A stretch of 64,000 bases of DNA from Eledone cirrhosa. Taxonomy: Eukaryota. The stretch covers positions 155,000,001-155,064,000 of the forward strand of contig OZ024742.1 of assembly GCA_964016885.1 (NCBI GenBank), given 5' to 3'. How positions within the stretch are numbered: position 1 is the first letter of the stretch; every line of letters starts with the position of its first letter. Positions 60,303-64,000 of this stretch are shown in pieces. Under the pieces are notes generated by a model. It made no database searches. It worked only from the letters and a program-made list of their open reading frames with translations, and was not told the DNA's origin. The position numbers were made by a program, and so were the translations under genes.

Positions 60303-61912
60303 ATTAAATTTGGGAAAATATATTTCATCTTGCTCTTAATTCTATATATATACATACAAATTAAAAAATAGTTATACTGTAGTTAATTGTAGGTAAATCT
60401 TCACGAAAATACAATATCTTTATTCATATTTCCTTAGTAGATCAACAATATATTTGGTTTAAATTGATTTCTAAATGAATCACGTTACCACTCATTTTGC
60501 ATGAGATTATAAGCCAAAATATAGAGAGCCTAAACCTTGCCGAATGCCTACATGCTCTTCAACACTTCATTTATCTTCATCCCAGCACTCAACCTTTCAC
60601 GACCATCTTTGTTCGGCTTTCCAAGCTGGTCCTCGTACATAACTGTGTCATTAACGACTTATTGTTCCTTTCGTTACTGACGTCTACATAAATGGCCTTA
60701 TTTACCTCGCAAGATTTGCTTTCCGCTTTCACACTCTACTGATAAATCTTATGCATTAAACCTTTCATGTGCTCGTAGTTCGGACTACAAACAATATATC
60801 TACATCAACCAACCAACTGATTAATCATGTATATCCTTCTTAGTTTCCCTAAATTACGAAATCGTAGGAGGATAGATTAATATCCGCTAAGATCGAGCTA
60901 CTGTTCCCCCTCAACTCCATATCTTTGACTATCTTGTTCTGACTACCCGCAAACATAACATATTTATTTTTTACTATGAATGTCACCGTTTCTTTGAGTT
61001 GAACGAGTTTTTTTAAGAAGTGAACCTCCATTTAGCACATATTCTAGACATCAAATCGTTCCCGTTTCGAAAAGAAATATACCTAACTCTCTTCAGGTCA
61101 ATTATCCTAACTCCCGTTTCATAAAAAAAAGCCTAGTTCCAAATTAGTATATACGGCAAATAAATTATACGCGTACATGGCATTTATAGTCTCAATTCTA
61201 TTTAATCTAGCCGGAAACTCGGTAGCCGATCTTATGCTCTAATATAATTTTGATTCTATAATACAATTATAATAGAGCAATATAATTACCTAGTTCGCAA
61301 AATACCTGATTAGAAATATATTTATCTATATCTTATTGTATATGTGTAGTTTTATTAAGATTAAAATTAATGAGGCTATTTAATCACCTCGTTTCCAGAT
61401 ATCTAAGAAAATACATTCTATTGATAAGCAAAATATTTAATAATAAACCGTCTCGTAATTCAGCTGCTCTTTTGAGCATTACTAAATATATATGTGTATG
61501 GACACATATTCATACATAAAAACATATTACATCATACAAATTTCATATATACACTCTAAAACCAATTGTCGTGTATCATATAAATACAATCGATTACAAA
61601 TGAGTTAAATATATTTCCTGTAGTAAGAAGTGCACGATACAAACATATACACTGCCTCACCTTTCTAGCCGGCTGAACCTTACGGGTTATCCAAATATAG
61701 TTATTTGTAACTTCACTTATATCAATTTAATATATCTATCATAGGTCTAGCATACTCCCCGTAAGCATGTGTTTTTCTGTTTATATGAGTTCTTCTACAT
61801 ACATTAACTTCAAATGTCTTGGCCGTCACTATTTTAAAATGTTCTATTCCTCATCCTCTTCTCGCTCCCTCTCCCCTCTCATTCTCTCTCTCTCTCTACC
61901 TATCTCTATCTT

Positions 61913-62009
<97 letters not shown>

Positions 62010-62407
62010 ATATATATGGATATAAACATTCATTTAAGCTTAAGTAAGAAACATGTATAGTGAATGGATTAAATTTGGGAAAATATAATTCATCTTGCTC
62101 TTAATTCTATATATAAACATGCAAATTTAAAAAGAAATTGCTTTAGTTAAATGTAGGTTAATCTCCACGAAAATACAATATCTTTATTCATATTTCCTTA
62201 ATAGATCAACAATATAACTGGTTTTGAATTGATTTCTCAATGCAACACGTTACCAGACATTTTGCATGATATAAGCCAATCAATAGAGAGCCTAAATCTT
62301 CCTGAATGCTTACATGCCCTTCAATGCTTCATCGACCTTCGTCCCTCCGCTCAACCCTTCTCATCTACCTTTATTCGCCTTTTGGAGCTGGTCCCCATAC
62401 ACAACTG
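60303..62407 (+). repeat. Dispersed direct duplication of ~340 bp (60303-60645 and 62068-62407)
   Basis: Colinear similarity from attaaatttgggaaaatata to gctggtcc..tacaYaactg. Confidence 0.85.
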
Positions 62408-62690
62408 CTTTTCCTTCTCAAGTAAGTTCTACCAACATGTATCCAGGCTGACTATGGGCACACAAATGGGTCCTAACTACACCAATATATTCGTCGGATA
62501 TGCTGAGGCTCAAATCAAACGTGGCCACATGCACGGCCTCCATTCTGCCGTTATATCGACGAGTGTATCGGCGCTACTTCACTCACCCGCGAACGGCTTG
62601 ACTCATTTCTGTCTTTCGTATGCCTCTTCCACGCTCTCTTGAAATCACCATTTCCATCTCAACCACCTCCGTCCAGATTGACCCCTTACC
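62295..62690 (+). mobile_element. Decayed PLE RT fragment of a third lineage (Neptune/Poseidon-like)
   Basis: LHALQCFID.RP..QP..STFIRLLELV..HNCFSF...FYQ.....MGTQMGPNY.NIFVG, followed in another frame by RYIDECIG. Confidence 0.8.
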
Positions 62691-63279
62691 ATATTTACCG
62701 GTGCCATTGACCCCTTACCCTAGTTCCTTCATCACCTCCACCTTCTTCAAATCCACATTCTCCCATTCCCTCCTCGTACATGGACACACTAACACGACCA
62801 TAGACAAATATAAACATTTCATTGTCCCTAACGCTACTAATCAAATAACTAATCATACTAACGCACCTACCTGTATTACACGACCAACTCAAACATTGAC
62901 ACTACACTTATTTACCATAACTTGCACGATAGAAATTACTATGCTTCCCAGCAGTATAATAAATTGTATACATTACATAGTTTCTCTTTTCAGATTTAAC
63001 ATATTTACAGATAAAAATCATCACTGTAATAACCCAAGCATAGAATGAATAGTGTGCTAATAAATGTTCATAGTAAAACATCAAAGGGTTCTACATAAAC
63101 GGTGAAGTTTGTCTTTCTGCCTCGACACGTATGATGGTTTATGTTTCGGAAATGTATTAAGCATTCGGATCTATACACTTGACAAACCTTTATTTCCTTT
63201 TCAACCCCAAACCCGAATAATTGTTTAATGACTTTTAACGAATTTCAGTTTATTAATAGTGTGTATTATTTGCTTTTTA

Positions 63280-63600
63280 GGGTGGTGGATTGGCAGTATC
63301 GGTAGAGGGTCGGACGCCATGCTTTCCAGCATAGTTACGTCCCTTTACGATCTGAGTTCAAATCCCGCCGAGGTTGACTTTGCCTTTCATCCTTACGGGG
63401 TCGATAAAATAAAGTACCAGTAATGCACTGGATAATTGCTGGCCTTGTGCCTAAAGTAGAAACAATTATTTGCTTTTTCTGAGTTCAAATCCCGCCGAGG
63501 TTAACTTTGCCTTTCATCCTTACAGGGTCGATAAAATAGAGTACCAGTAATGCACTGGGTATTTGCTGGCCTTGTGACAAAAGTAGAAACAATTATTTGC
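63280..63600 (+). mobile_element. Nin-domain SINE plus tandem partial duplicate
   Basis: Full copy 63280-63470; 63478-63600 repeats B-box to tail. Confidence 0.92.
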
Positions 63601-64000
63601 TTTACATATAAACTATGTTATCTTGTAGCAATTTCCAAAGATATATTTGGTGCAATGATGTCTACATGGGGTTATGAGACAAGCAATTGTATGTTGCTTT
63701 CATTAGCAATAAAGATATTCTTGAAATGTGCCTTCTTAAAATATAATTGGATATAATTTGATTGTCATTTGTGTCATTGAATTTCAATTTCATTAGAATT
63801 CTATGTTATATTTCTTGAGTTAATTTAGTGATTGTGCCACGAACCCTTTCATACCCCTAAATATTACATCCTTTATTAATTCATTATGTCACTCATTCAA
63901 TCACTGAAGTACATAACACTTTAATATTCCCAAATCTTTTCTTTCGCATCTTTGAAATAATACAATTCATCCATTTCTGCTTTATATATATCTAAACAGA

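Overview
AT-rich, microsatellite-saturated eukaryotic non-coding DNA (intergenic or deep intronic). The repeat content suggests a cephalopod (Octopus-like) genome; this is an inference from the Nin-domain SINEs and the extreme (TA)n/(CA)n/(TATG)n density. No host gene could be supported, and nearly all ORF-track entries are translated microsatellites. The window is dominated by retroelements. (i) Penelope-like elements (PLEs; RT plus C-terminal GIY-YIG endonuclease) of at least three lineages, mostly 5'-truncated with inverted pseudo-LTRs and sitting in (TA)n. One copy (3575-5434, minus) is a ~620-codon frame broken by a single TGA. (ii) About 20 type I hammerhead-ribozyme motifs (intact, partial or degenerate) from roughly ten unrelated sequence families. 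Many lie in ORF-less fold-back cassettes, several have a greatly enlarged stem II, and fold-back breakpoints often fall inside the ribozyme. (iii) R4/Dong-type RLE LINE ends embedded in (TATG)n or (TAA)n. (iv) RTE and CR1/L2-type LINE fragments, two kinds of tRNA-derived SINE, a mariner-type MITE and a Helentron-type non-autonomous element. All structures were read by eye, so boundaries are approximate.
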